In this document: in pieces, positions 13,096-25,657 of the stretch
Numbering within the stretch: the stretch's first letter is position 1
Layout: each line of letters starts with the position of its first letter
NCBI RefSeq assembly: GCF_001194135.2
Contig: NC_068996.1
Span: 21,657,819-21,721,818, forward strand
DNA: 64,000 bases
Direction: 5' to 3'
Origin: Octopus bimaculoides
Taxonomy: Eukaryota
The notes under the pieces: model-generated
The model's database searches: none
What the model was told of the DNA's origin: nothing
Seen by the model: the letters and a program-made list of their open reading frames with translations, nothing else
Translations under genes and position numbers: made by a program

Positions 13096-13959
13096 NNNNN
13101 NNNNNNNNNNNNNNNNNNNNNNNNNNNNNNNNNNNNNNNNNNNNNNNNNNNNNNNNNNNNNNNNNNNNNNNNNNNNNNNNNNNNNNNNNNNNNNNNNNNN
13201 NNNNNNNNNNNNNNNNNNNNNNNNNNNNNNNNNNNNNNNNNNNNNNNNNNNNNNNNNNNNNNNNNNNNNNNNNNNNNNNNNNNNNNNNNNNNNNNNNNNN
13301 NNNNNNNNNNNNNNNNNNNNNNNNNNNNNNNNNNNNNNNNNNNNNNNNNNNNNNNNNNNNNNNNNNNNNNNNNNNNNNNNNNNNNNNNNNNNNNNNNNNN
13401 NNNNNNNNNNNNNNNNNNNNNNNNNNNNNNNNNNNNNNNNNNNNNNNNNNNNNNNNNNNNNNNNNNNNNNNNNNNNNNNNNNNNNNNNNNNNNNNNNNNN
13501 NNNNNNNNNNNNNNNNNNNNNNNNNNNNNNNNNNNNNNNNNNNNNNNNNNNNNNNNNNNNNNNNNNNNNNNNNNNNNNNNNNNNNNNNNNNNNNNNNNNN
13601 NNNNNNNNNNNNNNNTACATACACACACATACACACACACATATGTATTAGTGTAGGTCTGAGACATGAGATTGTACATACATTTGGGTATTTATATATA
13701 TATATATATATACATAAACATATATACACACACACATATATATTAAATACATGCACACACACACATATACACTATACACACAAACATATTTCAATTTTCA
13801 TCTGCCAAACCCACTCACATGGCTGTGGTTGGCTTGGGGCTATAGTAGAATACAGTTGCCCAAGGTGACACACAGCAGGAGTGAATACAAAACCATAGGG
13901 TTTGATAGCAAACCTCTTAAAATCATATCCATGCAACACCTTTCCTGATAACAAATGAC

Positions 13960-14650
13960 AGTGACTTTATCTTCATGGCTGGTGACTTGAATGAATATGC
14001 TGAGCAGCATCCTGTGGGATTCTATTGTGTGTATAAGGGTTTGGTTCTAAAAGAGGGGTGGAAAAAAGGCTCTCGGAGTTTCATGGTGCAAATGACTTAA
14101 TGATCTGCTACAGTAATTTCAGGAAACCAGACAGCCACCTGATCACCTATGAATCTGGTGGACACACAAGCCAGATTGACTACATTCAGAAAGTGAGATA
14201 GATAAATGGTTGAGAATGTAAAGTACTTCCTTGATGAAGAATGTACAACCCAACATTAGTTAGTGTTTAGTGACTTAAGATCTAAAGCTACAATAACTCA
14301 GAGACACAAACCACACTAGAAAAGGAAGATATAGAAGCTTAAAGATCCAGCAAAAATTTAGAGTTAAAAAACAGTTAGAAATTTAGAGATGTTCTAGTTG
14401 AGTGGCAAGAGTATGAAAGAGGGATAGAAGCAAGTGTCTTGAGGAGATACATGGCCACCTCATCTGGAAAAGAAGAGAAGCTAGTGGTGATGAGGTGTCA
14501 GGTGATGTAGTAAACAGAAAACAGGGGAGGTGGCATGGTCGATAGTAAATATCAGTTTGGGGGACTGTGAAGGAAATAAGAGTGGGTCAGAGAAAAGAAG
14601 ATAAGTGTGAAGGGAAAACTCTTGGTGACAAGGGTGGAGATCAGAGGTAT
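13960..14650 (+). mobile_element. RTE-clade LINE relic (AP endonuclease C-terminus and linker)
   Basis: Degenerate AGDLNEY...NFRKPDSHLITYESGGHTSQIDYI...KYFLDEECTTQH motifs. Confidence 0.7.
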
Positions 14651-14746
14651 TTAGAAGTGAATATATACTAAAGAGGACAATAAATGTTAAGGCAAGGCAA
14701 ACATCTCAAGGCATATACATTATTATTATTGGAAAAAAATTTCAAA

Positions 14747-14802
14747 GTCTTACAGCTGTTTCTGGGATATCCCAGAGTATGGGATATTCTGTCATCAGAG
14801 AC
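14747..14802 (-). ncRNA. Minimal hammerhead-like motif (canonical core, rearranged stem II)
   Basis: Minus strand: gtct-CTGATGA-cagaatatcccatactctgggatatccca-GAAAC-agct-GTA-agac. Confidence 0.65.
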
Positions 14803-15086
14803 AAATAGGGAAAATGAGAAGAGTATAGATTAATGAAATGACGACAAAGAGGACAGGAGTAAAGGAATAAGGAGATGGAGAAAGAGAAGAAAAAAGAAGC
14901 ATAAAGTTCAGTTCAACTTCCCAATTTTGTAGAAATAAGTCCATAAGTCCTTAGTGCAATCTGGATTTAAGCAGGACTTATTCCTACAAGATTGGAAAGT
15001 TGAACTGTGAACTTTCATGCTTCCTTTTTCTTCTCTTTCTTCATCTCCTTATTCCTTTAATCTATACCCTTCTCATTTTCCCTATT

Positions 15087-15127
15087 AGTCTCCGATGATG
15101 GAATATCCCAGAAACAGCTGTAAGACT
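15087..15127 (+). ncRNA. Minimal type I hammerhead ribozyme-like motif (U4C core variant)
   Basis: agtct-CCGATGA-tgg(aatatc)cca-GAAAC-agct-GTA-agact: stem I, stem II, palindromic stem III loop and GUA site are all present. Confidence 0.7.
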
Positions 15128-15733
15128 TTTCCAATAATAATAATGTATATGACTTGAGATGCTTGCCTTACATTAACATCTGTTGTCCTTTTTAACAATT
15201 ATAAATCCACTATATCAGAAATCTGTACTGGCTCCATAACTACCATCTCAGCTTGGAGTCCTAGTAATCCGTTACAGCACTTACCCATACTCATCACTAT
15301 TACACAAGCATTGTCTTGTCTCTTGCACATTACATCCAATTCCTCTTCTGCCCAATTTTTCCTTCAATACATTTGCACTTTGTCATACATGCACTCTAAC
15401 ATTGCACATCCAGAAGAGTACACTAGTTTCATTCTCTTCTAGCCTTCACATGTCCTCTGCATTCATAATCTACATTTCACTACCAAGTAAAATTTCTGCC
15501 CACACACAAGCATCATGTGTGTGTGTGTGTGTGTGTGTATAAAATATACATAGGTATGTTTAACATTCAATCTGTACACTTTTACTAAGACAAGCATGGC
15601 CACAGCTAGCAGGCTGGAACAGTTAAAAGTGCGTGTGATATAATCGGCACAGAAAAACACTAAACAACACAGAAAACTAATAGAAAAATGTGAGAATTTA
15701 AAAAAGGAAATAATAATATAAAAATTTGCTTAC

Positions 15734-15828
15734 CATCATCATGGGTGAAAATTCGGTCATGTGACAACTTGATCTAAACGTGGCATTGAAATACTGATCC
15801 CCATTGTTAGCCATACTATCACTGATTC
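15734..15828 (-). CDS. Gene 2, coding exon 2
   Basis: tctctcttacctag|GA ATC...ATG ATG ATG|GTAAGC; phase 1 to 0, no stops: GISDSMANNGDQYFNATFRSSCHMTEFSPMMM. Confidence 0.8.
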
Positions 15829-16146
15829 CTAGGTAAGAGAGACAAACAAAAAATGTAATTATGAATCAATTGTTATAAAATAGATAAAACTTTATGTTAA
15901 ACAGATTAAGAACCACACACATCCAGACATGGCTGCACTTACGCACAAGCATAGCTGCATATAGGTATAGACAAGGCTGTGATAGGTACAAGTATGGCTG
16001 TGTGGTTAAGCAATTTGTTTCTCAACTGTGTGATTTCTGGTTTAGTCCCACTGTGTAGCACATAGACCCAAACGAAAGTCATGTGAGTGGATCTGGAGGA
16101 CAAACAATGAAAGAAGCCTATCATATATATATATATGTATGTACAC

Positions 16147-16291
16147 GCAGGCATGGATGTGTGGTAAGAAACTTGCTTCTCAACTACATGGTTCCGGGTT
16201 CAGTCCCATTACATGGAACCTTGGGTGGGTGTCTTCTACTATAGCCTTTGGCCGATCAAAGCCTTGTGGGTGGATCTCGAAAGAAGCCTGC

Positions 16292-16323
<32 letters not shown>

Positions 16324-16530
16324 TGCATGTGTCTTTGTGTCTATGCTTGTCACTCCACCATCACTTGACAACTGATGTTGGTGTGTTTACATTGCCGTAA
16401 CTTAGCGGTCTGGCAAAAGAGACCGATCGAATAAGTACTAGAGTCAATTTCTTTGACCAAAAAACTCCTTACGGCAGTGCTCCAGCATGGCCACAGTCAA
16501 ATGACTGAAACAAGTAAAAGAATAGAAGAA
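16147..16530 (+). mobile_element. Abundant microsatellite-bearing tRNA/CORE-like SINE (family A)
   Basis: Same structure as the copy at 27844-28265; the mariner at 16571 sits just after it. Confidence 0.75.
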
Positions 16531-16536
16531 AGAATA

Positions 16537-16570
<34 letters not shown>

Positions 16571-16574
<4 letters not shown>

Positions 16575-17783
16575 GTCATCCCATAAGTTCTGTCTGATTT
16601 TACCTTTTTTAAAATTGAGGGATTAAAGATTATTTTTATGCATTTGTGTACATTTAAACTAATTAAATATTATTTTACAAAATAATAGAATTAAAATTTC
16701 TTTGATTAAAACCCTTTCTAACATTCAAGTTTCCAAAGAGCATTTGAGGCACATAATGCTTTATGAGTACAAAAAAGGAAACTCTGCAGCCGAAGCGACT
16801 CGAAACATACACTTAGTTTATGAGAAAGAATGCTTGAATGAAAGAACTTGTAGAAAATGGTTTGCAAAATTCAGAAATGGAGATTTCAGCCTTGAAGAAG
16901 ATCGAACAGGACGTCGAGTTGAGCTTGATGATAAGCTACTTGAGGCATTACTTAAAGAAAATCCTGCATTATCAGTTGAAGAATTGGCAATAGAGCTTAG
17001 TTCAAACCATACAACTGTTCATTGTCATCTCCAACAACTTGGAAAATGGGTGCCTCATGAATTGTCCGAAAGCAACCACAAATCCAGAGTTGACATCTGC
17101 TCTTCTCTCCATTCTCACGAACTCATTTTACCCTTTTTGGATAGACTTGTGACTGGTGATGAACAATGGATCGTCTATAAAAATGTTAAACATCGTAAAC
17201 AGAGGCTTGGTAAAAGGGAAAAGGCTCAACCACAACCGAGAAGGGAACTTCATGGCAAAAAAGGTTCTTCTCTCTATCTGGTGGGATTGCAAAGGAGTAA
17301 TTCACTTTGAATTATTACCACCTAATGCAACAATCAATGCTCAAGTCTACTGTCAGCAATTACAGCGTTTGAACCAAGCTTTGAAGAAAAGAAGACCAGC
17401 TTTAGTGAATCGAAAAGGAGTGATGTTTCATCAGGACAATGCATGACCCACACTGCAAAGATCACATCACAAAAGATCAAAGAGCTTGATTAGGAAAAAA
17501 TTCCTCATCCACCTTATTCTCCCGACAGGCTACCATTTGTTTCGTAGTTTACAGAATCACTTGGGTGACATAACTTTTGCAAGCCAAGAAGAGGTCGAAA
17601 CTGACATTTCAGAGTTCTTCGCTTTGAAACCAAAAGAGTTTTACATTGATAGAATTAAAAAGCTTGTAAATAGATGGAAGGAAGTCATAGATAATCAGGG
17701 AAAGTACATTGATGATTGAATTTCAATTAAATATAATATTCGATCACTTGTTTTCTTTATTCAAAATTTGGACAGAATTTATA
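16571..17783 (+). mobile_element. Mariner (DD34D) element, near full length, with a frameshifted and stop-containing transposase
   Basis: HLRHIMLYEYKKG..., WVPHEL, LVTGDE, FHQDNA, HPPYSP(deletion)YHLFRSL. Left TIR tcaggtcatcccataagttctgtc; the right TIR is truncated to ggacagaattta. (TA)n on both sides. Confidence 0.92.
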
Positions 17784-20109
17784 TATATATATATTTATGT
17801 GTGCCATTGCGAGTCTTTGTTTTGACATCACATAATAGTTCTACGCAAGTGTTATCTTCATAATAATATTGATCATTTCCAATTTCTCATAGAAACATGT
17901 AAAGACAAAAGGAAATAATTATTGTACTTGGTCAATCTCAAAGAATTCTGTCACACATGCAAGCATGGAAAATCATCAGTCATCATTATCATTTAACATC
18001 CATGTTCCATGCAAGCATGGGTTAAACAGCTTGACGGAATTTGATGGGTCCAAGGACTACATTGTTCACCAATGTCTGCTTTGGCAAATAATAGAGATGC
18101 CCCTCCTAATGCCAACCACTTTACGACATGCATCAGACATTCCCTAATCTCCCATTCACTCTTGGTACCTTATCATTTACATCTCTTTGCAGGTCCACTC
18201 AATCACCCCTACTCTCTCTTCTAAAATGTAGACATATAGCCCCTCTACAGCAAGAAACCTTTCTGCACTGGCCCTTTTCTCTCACATTTTACTCCTCTCT
18301 ACTCATTCTCCTAGCACAGAGTTATCCATCCTCAGGCTTCGTGGTCTTACAAGCTGCATGGCAACCTCAGAAAAGCTGGTGGCACAAAAGAAAAAAAGGA
18401 CCCAGTACATGCTGTAAAGTGGTTGATGTTAGGAATAGCAACCAGCTGTTGAAATCCAGCCTAAGCTCACACTGGAACAAAATGTAGTCCCTGGGCCCAA
18501 CAGATGCCCTAAAATTGTCCAACCCATGCTAGCATGGAACATGGATGTTAAATGATGATAATAATGATACTTTCTTTGTGCCACCAGTACTAGTAAGGTC
18601 GCCAAGCAAGACTACAAATCTCAAAAGAGGTGGCTTTATGTTATGAGATGAAGAGAGTTAAAATAATAATGAACAATCACTTGGTAGCAATTGGGGCCAA
18701 CTCCAGAATCAAGAATTCTCCAAAATCAACACAAGATAAGAGAACAGCTGTGACTAAATTTATAAAACATTGTTTAGCTAAAATTAATTAGATGCAGACG
18801 TGATTTCACATGATTTCAGGTTCAGTCCCACTGCATGGCACCTTAGGCAAATGTCTTCTACTATAGTCCCAGACCAATGAAAGCCCTGTGAGTGAATTTG
18901 GTAGACAAAAACTGCAAGAAGCACGTCATATATATTTTCTTTGTTTCATCATTTTAACATTCATTTTTCCATACTTACGTGGGTAGAATGGAGTTTAATG
19001 AAACAAATTTTCTACTACTAGATGTCCTTCCTGTCACAAATCTTCACCTGTTTCCAAGCAAGGTGATGTTTTCATATTGCCAGACATGTTTTTCACAGAG
19101 GATTGTAAATGAAACACATTAATTTACAACCACCATGTAATGTAATGTCAAAGCAAAGACACACACACACAACAGATCAAATTCACTCACAAGGCTTTGA
19201 CTTGCCCAGGACTATAGTAGGAAACACTTGCCCAAAGTGCCACATGGAACTGAACCAGAAACCACATGGTTGTGAAGTAAGCCTCTTAACCACCCAACAA
19301 TGCTTTCACCTATATATGTATATGTGTGTGTTTGTTTTTCCCCTTGTCCTTACACACATTTGCGAGTTGTAAACAATGGCCTCAATGATGGCATCATTGT
19401 CATGTCATTTGTTTGCAGTCTACCACAAAAGCATGTCCAGACTGTTTGTTGTTTGATACACTGTGAGTTTTATTAACTCACTTAGAAACAGGTGGGGGTT
19501 GCCAACAGTAAGGACACCTGGCTATAGAAAATTCTTCCCCAAATTACTCTTGCATGACATATGCAAGTATAGAAAAGTGGATGTTAAAATGACGGTGATG
19601 ATTAAAAGTAAAATATGTTCAGTGTGCTAGTAGCACATTCACTCCTTGTTCCTTTGTCCCCATTTATCTACTTTCAGGGTCCACCCTGACACTTCATGAA
19701 CACTATTTTTATCTCTTTCCACCTCCTTCCCAGTCACTTCTATAATGTAACTTTTTGGTGCTTCTACAGCAAGAAACCTGGCATTTTTTTCTCATACTTG
19801 TCTCTCATCTAGCATAAAGACATCTCTCTCTCTCTATTATAGCACCACTTAGCAGAGGATTCTTGTCTTGTGAGTTATTTAGTAATCTCACTAGTGTTGG
19901 TGCTACATAAAAAAGCACTCAGTGCACATCATAAAATGGTTGGCATTAGGAGGGGCATTCAACTGCAGAAACCATATAAAAGCAGACACTGGAGCATAAT
20001 GCTGTCCTTGAACCCATCAGATACTGCTGAACCATCCAATCATGCTACCGCAAAAGATGAATGTTAAAGGATGGTTATCACATTTTAGAAGAGAGGATGA
20101 CAGCTGGAA

Positions 20110-20143
<34 letters not shown>

Positions 20144-21164
20144 TTCCAGCTGTCATCCTTTCTTCTAAAATGTGAGTAACCATGTAGCTTCCCTACAGCA
20201 AGAAATCTGTTCTGCTCTGACCTCTTTCATACTTAAACCCCTCATAACCTTTGCATAAAGCCACTTCTTCAATACTGCACCCTACTCTTGTCTCGGAGTT
20301 TGTCTTGGTAGTTACTTAGTGAGCCCACTAGTACTGGTACCATGAAAAAGACACCCACTACATTCTGTAAAGTGATTGGCACTAGGAAGGGCATCCAAAT
20401 TTAGAAACCATGCCAAGAAAGACACTGGAGCTTGATACAGTCCCCTGATCTGTTAGATATTGTCAAATAATCCAACCTACACCAGTATGAAAGATGTTAT
20501 GTTAAAAGACAATGACAACACATATCAACTCAAAATGCTAACTCTAATTTATTGCATTATCCTTACTCTTGTTGTAAATAAGATTATCGTTTTTATTATC
20601 TTCATCAATTAATGTCCATATTCCATGCTGGCATGGACAGGACAGTCTGACAGGATCCAATGGTTCCAGTCTCTGCTTTGGCATAGCTTCAACAGCTGGA
20701 TGCCCTTCCTAATACCATCCACTTTACATAGTGTACTGGGTGAATTTCTTCATGCAACCTGCAAGACCACAAACCTCAAAATGGGCAATTTCATGCTACA
20801 GTGTAAGGGCTTACTAAAATATTAACAAAAATTTATTTTTTAAATTAAGTATTTCACTTATATTTAATAATAATAATAAAAAAAATCAAACACTTCAGAT
20901 GTTTTAAGTCCATGTTCTATAGCTGCTTCAACAGTTAAAAATTAAACATAACTTAATATATAAAAATACACAATGAATTTAAATATAATGCATAAACTGT
21001 TTCATGAGGAAATATGGAAATCAAAACACCTGTTGCTGTTTTCAATATGACATAAGCGAAACTTTTTGGCCCCACAATATCAATAGAAACATCAGAATTT
21101 GAAACAAGCAAATTTTCATGACAGGATAAGTCTAGCACAAAATCTTTATTTTATTTGTTAATGC

Positions 21165-21830
21165 AAACTGTACTCTGTTACATTTATTTATAAAGCATTT
21201 ATTAAACAAAATTATTTATTTTTCGTTACTCCCAATACCGAATGATTTACCGGGAGATTCGAACCCCAGCATCGTTATCAAAAACAGAACAACAAAGCCA
21301 CTTTTCTTTGTTGATGTTGTTTATGCGATTATACTTTGTTAATTACATTTATAAAACATTAATCAAATGAAAAGAAAAAAAAACTAATATCCTTTCCTTC
21401 AAGTCCCAATATTGACCGATTTCATCAGGATTCGAACCTACGAATCGTTATCGTAAACAAAACCACTCCTTTTTGTTGTTTATGCAACTTATACTTTTAA
21501 TTACATTATAAAACATTATTTAACTAAAAATGATTTTAATTATTCTTTGCCCCCAATATAGATCTATTTCACCAAATTAAAACCTGTGAATAGTTATCGT
21601 AAACAAAACCACTCCTTTTTGTAGTGTGAGCAATTATACTCTGTTATTTACATTTATAAAACATTAATTAACTATAAGAAAATTTTAATATTATCATCTG
21701 CCCCCAATAGAGACCAATTTCATCAAGATTCGAACCTGAAAATCGTTACAGTAAACAAAACCCCCAACAAAACCACTCCTTTCTGTTGTTTATGCAATCA
21801 TACTCTGTTAAAAGCATTTAATCAACTTAG
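21165..21830. repeat. Diverged tandem repeat, unit about 150-175 bp, about 4.5 copies, containing a tRNA B-box on the minus strand
   Basis: cccaata anchors at 21231, 21405, 21552 and 21703; shared gattcgaacc and cgttatcgtaaacaaaaccactccttt. Confidence 0.85.
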
Positions 21831-22168
21831 AGAAATTGTTGAAATTTTAATTGACTACATTTACATCGACCCCAGGATACGGAAAATCATCAAAGATATT
21901 TTATAGGACGTCCAGAAACCGCCTTATTATCTGTAAATTAAACGTTAATTAATTTTAAAAGATAATAAGTATTATTAGAGAATTAAACCTTAAAATAAAA
22001 CACTTTCTAAAATTTAAATTTAATTAGTATTTTCTCCAAAAGCATAGTAAATATAATAGTATCAACTTGGAGACACAATCACAGTATGTGAGCATAAATA
22101 ACATTGTTAATTAATTTTAAAAACTAATCACAAATAAAATATTAATTTTAAAATGCATATTTATTTAC

Positions 22169-22562
22169 CTTGTATGGCCGAATCTTCCACAATATCAACA
22201 TTAGGATTCGATCCAGGATCAGCGTCACTCATAGGGCCGTCGCAAAACCCTCTCTCTTGCTGTTGTTGATGTTCTTGGCTCTGTACTTCTTCACCGTGTT
22301 CTTCTTCGGGGCTCATAACTGCTCTTTCTAGCATATTAACCCCGACGTTTACACATGCGCCATTATTAATCCCGCAGTTTTCCACATTTAACGCATTATT
22401 TCGGCTCCTTGAGACCTGTGACAAATTAGGTACGATGAAAATACAAGGGCTGGCCCCTACAGAGGGCCCCTGAGCCGGTCCAGTGGCTGTATTAATCGCA
22501 TTTAAGGGATTAACCGAACCCAAAGGGTCCCCAATACCTTTACACTGTTCTAGGTCGGCCAT
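22169..22562 (-). CDS. Gene 2 (unidentified Ser/Pro-rich protein), first coding exon; alternative in-frame ATG at 22709
   Basis: Higher-GC ORF 22161-22709; ATG in good context (gctATGg) giving MADLEQCKG...; donor CAA G|GTAAAT (phase 1); candidate acceptor tactcttcccgctactag| at 22730. Confidence 0.75.
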
Positions 22563-22639
22563 AGCTCTGGTGTTGTGGTGGGGGTGCGTCGGTAAGGGTT
22601 CTAAGTGAAGTGCTTGTAGTCCTGTGTCGTTGGCTGGTA

Positions 22640-23345
22640 AGGGTATTAGTAAGAGGATGAAAACAGGATGTGGTGGGAGTAGTGGTCGTAGTAGTGATAT
22701 TTTAGTCATTTACTAAGGTGGTGGCAGTCCTAGTAGCGGGAAGAGTAAACAAATGTAAGTACAAATGATTCAATAAGGTGGTAGCATGTAGTAGCGGTAA
22801 GAGTGTAAAAAAAAAATGTATGTAATCATAGCAGTAGTGACAATTTACATGATCTACTGACGTGGTAGCATATTGTGATGAAGGGAGGAGTAAGAAAATG
22901 TATGCCGTTGTAGCAGTGGTGACGGTTTACATGATCCACTGACGTGGTAGCATGATGTAGTGGCGGAAAGAGTAGGAAAATGTAAGCAGTCACAGCAGTA
23001 GTAACGATTTAAATGATTCACAGACGTGGTAGCAAGTTATAGTGGCGAGAAGAGTATGAAAATGTATGTAGTCATAGCAGTGGTGACGGTTTACATGCTT
23101 CACTGACGTGGTAGCATGATGAGATGGCGGGAAGAGTAGAAAAATGTACGGTTCCTTAGTGAAGTGGTAGCACTTTAGTGGTGGCGGAAAGAGTGAAAAC
23201 ATATACGTTTATGGTGGCATGTTGTGGTAGGGGAAGAGTAGACTACAGTTTAAATGATTCAGTAAGGTGGTAGCTTGAGGTAGTGAGAACAGTAAAAGAA
23301 TGAATGTGGTAATGGTGAGAGGATGAAAGATCGAATGGTAGGAGA
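22640..23345. repeat. 82-bp minisatellite array, G-rich on +
   Basis: cgtggtagca recurs at 22861, 22943, 23025 and 23107 (period exactly 82); degenerate units on both sides. Confidence 0.9.
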
Positions 23346-23394
23346 AATGGTCGTAGTAATGTTTGTCTTTTACTAAGGAGGTATCGGCCTACAT

Positions 23395-23534
23395 TTTTCT
23401 TCTCTCACCGCTACCACCTCATTAATCACCAAAACATCACTACTACCAGCGCGAGGTTACATTTCTCTCCTCTCACCATCACCACGCAGTGCCATTACCT
23501 TAGTATATCAGAAAAATATCACTACAACGACTAT

Positions 23535-23571
<37 letters not shown>

Positions 23572-23860
23572 CTCCTCTCACTATCTCCATACACCCTTTG
23601 CGACCTCATTATATCACGAAAAAGATACTACAACCACTATGGGCTACATTACTCACCTCTCACCGCCACTATGCATTGCTACCACGTTATTATATTACTA
23701 AAGCATAACTACTATCACTACGGGCTACATATATCTCCTCTCACCGCCACTACATAATGCTACCTCCCCACATCACCAAAACATAATTACTACCACAACC
23801 ACGGCGTGCATTTATCTCCTCTCACCACCACAAGACTGTGCTACCACGTCATTATATTAT
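23395..23860. repeat. Related minisatellite array in the opposite orientation, C-rich on +
   Basis: Units such as ctcctctcaccgccactacataatgctacc and tgctaccacgtca match the reverse complement of gacgtggtagcatgatgtagtggcgg. Confidence 0.75.
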
Positions 23861-24144
23861 CATTGATATGTTTCCGACAGAGGAGATTATATTTGAAAAA
23901 TTTTTACACTATTTTAATTTATCTAAATTTTTTCACCCTTATCCCCCTCACCCCATACTTTCATTTCTGGTGATTTTTTTTTTGCTTTTGATATTTTTCA
24001 ATATTTTTTTGTTTTTGCCTCTAGATTCAAATATGTCAATTAGAGTTTCTAAAACTTCGTTTCACTCCCCACCTCCGCCGAAAAAAAACATTGTATAATC
24101 TAATAATATTTTATACGGTTTTTTAAAAATTATTNNNNNNNNNN

Positions 24145-24175
<31 letters not shown>

Positions 24176-24615
24176 GATGTGATTGTGTGAGTGTGTGTGT
24201 GTGTGCGTGCGTGCGTGCGTGTGTGTGTGTGTAGGCGCAAGTATGGATGTTTGTTTAAGAAAGTGCCTTTGCAACCAAGTAGTTTTGGATTCAGTATCAC
24301 CATGTGTCACCTAAGGTTATAGTCTCTTACTGCCGTAAGCCAACCAGGGTGTTCTGAACGAGTGAATACGGAGACTGGAACGTCTTCATTTTTTTCTTTT
24401 CATTTAATAGTTAGTTATACAACATACATAGTTGGTTAAAATGACCAGTAATGATGTTGAACATTTAAAAAATTTGATGATGTACCAGACTCTGTCTTCT
24501 TTGTAATTGTACGACGAACGGGAATGTAAAATTCTGAGTAATAGTTTGTGTGATGTTTTGCAGTTTTATTAATAAAGTATACATGTAGTCGCAGGAGTGA
24601 CTGTGTGGTAAGTAG

Positions 24616-25657
24616 TGGGATTTAGGTCCGAAGACGCCTTGGGGGAGACCCTGGTCTACGATGAAAATCAGTTGACCAACCTGTTCAGAAGAACTTTCGG
24701 GCCGGGGTATCTGGACAATTACCAGAAATCCCTGGCTTGGCAGTGCTTCCGTGCGGCGTTACCTGTTCGTGATAAACTGTCAAGGCACGGAAGTGCCGTA
24801 TCACCGACATGTCCGAGGTGCGGGTGGGACAAGGAAACCGTCTTGCACGCATTCGTGGAATGTCCAAAATTAACGAGACTGATAGTTTTCGCAGAACAAC
24901 TGTTGTTATCGATGGGAAGAGTACAGCTATCAGCTGAATCTATCATCGAGATTGTGCCGCCTCTTTCCCTCAACAGGGAAAGGAAGGCTTGCTTTTCCTG
25001 CTTNNNNNNNNNNNNNNNNNNNNNNNNNNNNNNNNNNNNNNNNNNNNNNNNNNNNNNNNNNNNNNNNNNNNNNNNNNNNNNNNNNNNNNNNNNNNNNNNN
25101 NNNNNNNNNNNNNNNNNNNNNNNNNNNNNNNNNNNNNNNNNNNNNNNNNNNNNNNNNNNNNNNNNNNNNNNNNNNNNNNNNNNNNNNNNNNNNNNNNNNN
25201 NNNNNNNNNNNNNNNNNNNNNNNNNNNNNNNNNNNNNNNNNNNNNNNNNNNNNNNNNNNNNNNNNNNNNNNNNNNNNNNNNNNNNNNNNNNNNNNNNNNN
25301 NNNNNNNNNNNNNNNNNNNNNNNNNNNNNNNNNNNNNNNNNNNNNNNNNNNNNNNNNNNNNNNNNNNNNNNNNNNNNNNNNNNNNNNNNNNNNNNNNNNN
25401 NNNNNNNNNNNNNNNNNNNNNNNNNNAAAGCAAGGGGTCTACCCTGGTGGTCGGATGCCTATCCTTCAGGAAAGCCATTACAAATTGCATCTGTAATGAG
25501 CAATGCTTTAATCGAACATTGTAAATATAATCCAATTTTTATTGTATATTTAAAATTGTACATATTTAATTGATACAGCTACTTCACCCCTTTTATGTTT
25601 GTCTGTCCTTGTTCGCCCCCTCTTTGTAATGCCTTTATGGCAAATATTTATGAAATA
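24616..25657 (+). mobile_element. 5'-truncated L1/Tx1-like LINE inserted into a family A SINE head; apparent TSD aagtag
   Basis: zf-RVT-like peptide LAWQCFRAALPVRDKL...CPRCGWDKETVLHAFVECP. The SINE 5' part ends ggtaagtag (24615) and resumes aagtagcttgcttaccaacc (25658). N gap at 25004-25426. Confidence 0.8.

Larger units (their letters stand above)
14670..15195. repeat. About 520-bp hairpin (about 250-bp arms) with a minimal hammerhead-like motif in each arm; probable inverted Penelope pseudo-LTR pair
   Basis: The arms are reverse complements apart from small indels, around a loop of about 30 nt near 14945-14975. Confidence 0.85.

Noticed and set aside
21415-21432. CTGATGA on the minus strand within the B-box tandem repeat
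   Set aside because: No stem II or GAAAC-stem III follows, and the motif is not conserved in the other units.
21165-21830. CRISPR-like repeat-spacer appearance
   Set aside because: Eukaryotic context; whole units are homologous, with no unique spacers or cas genes.
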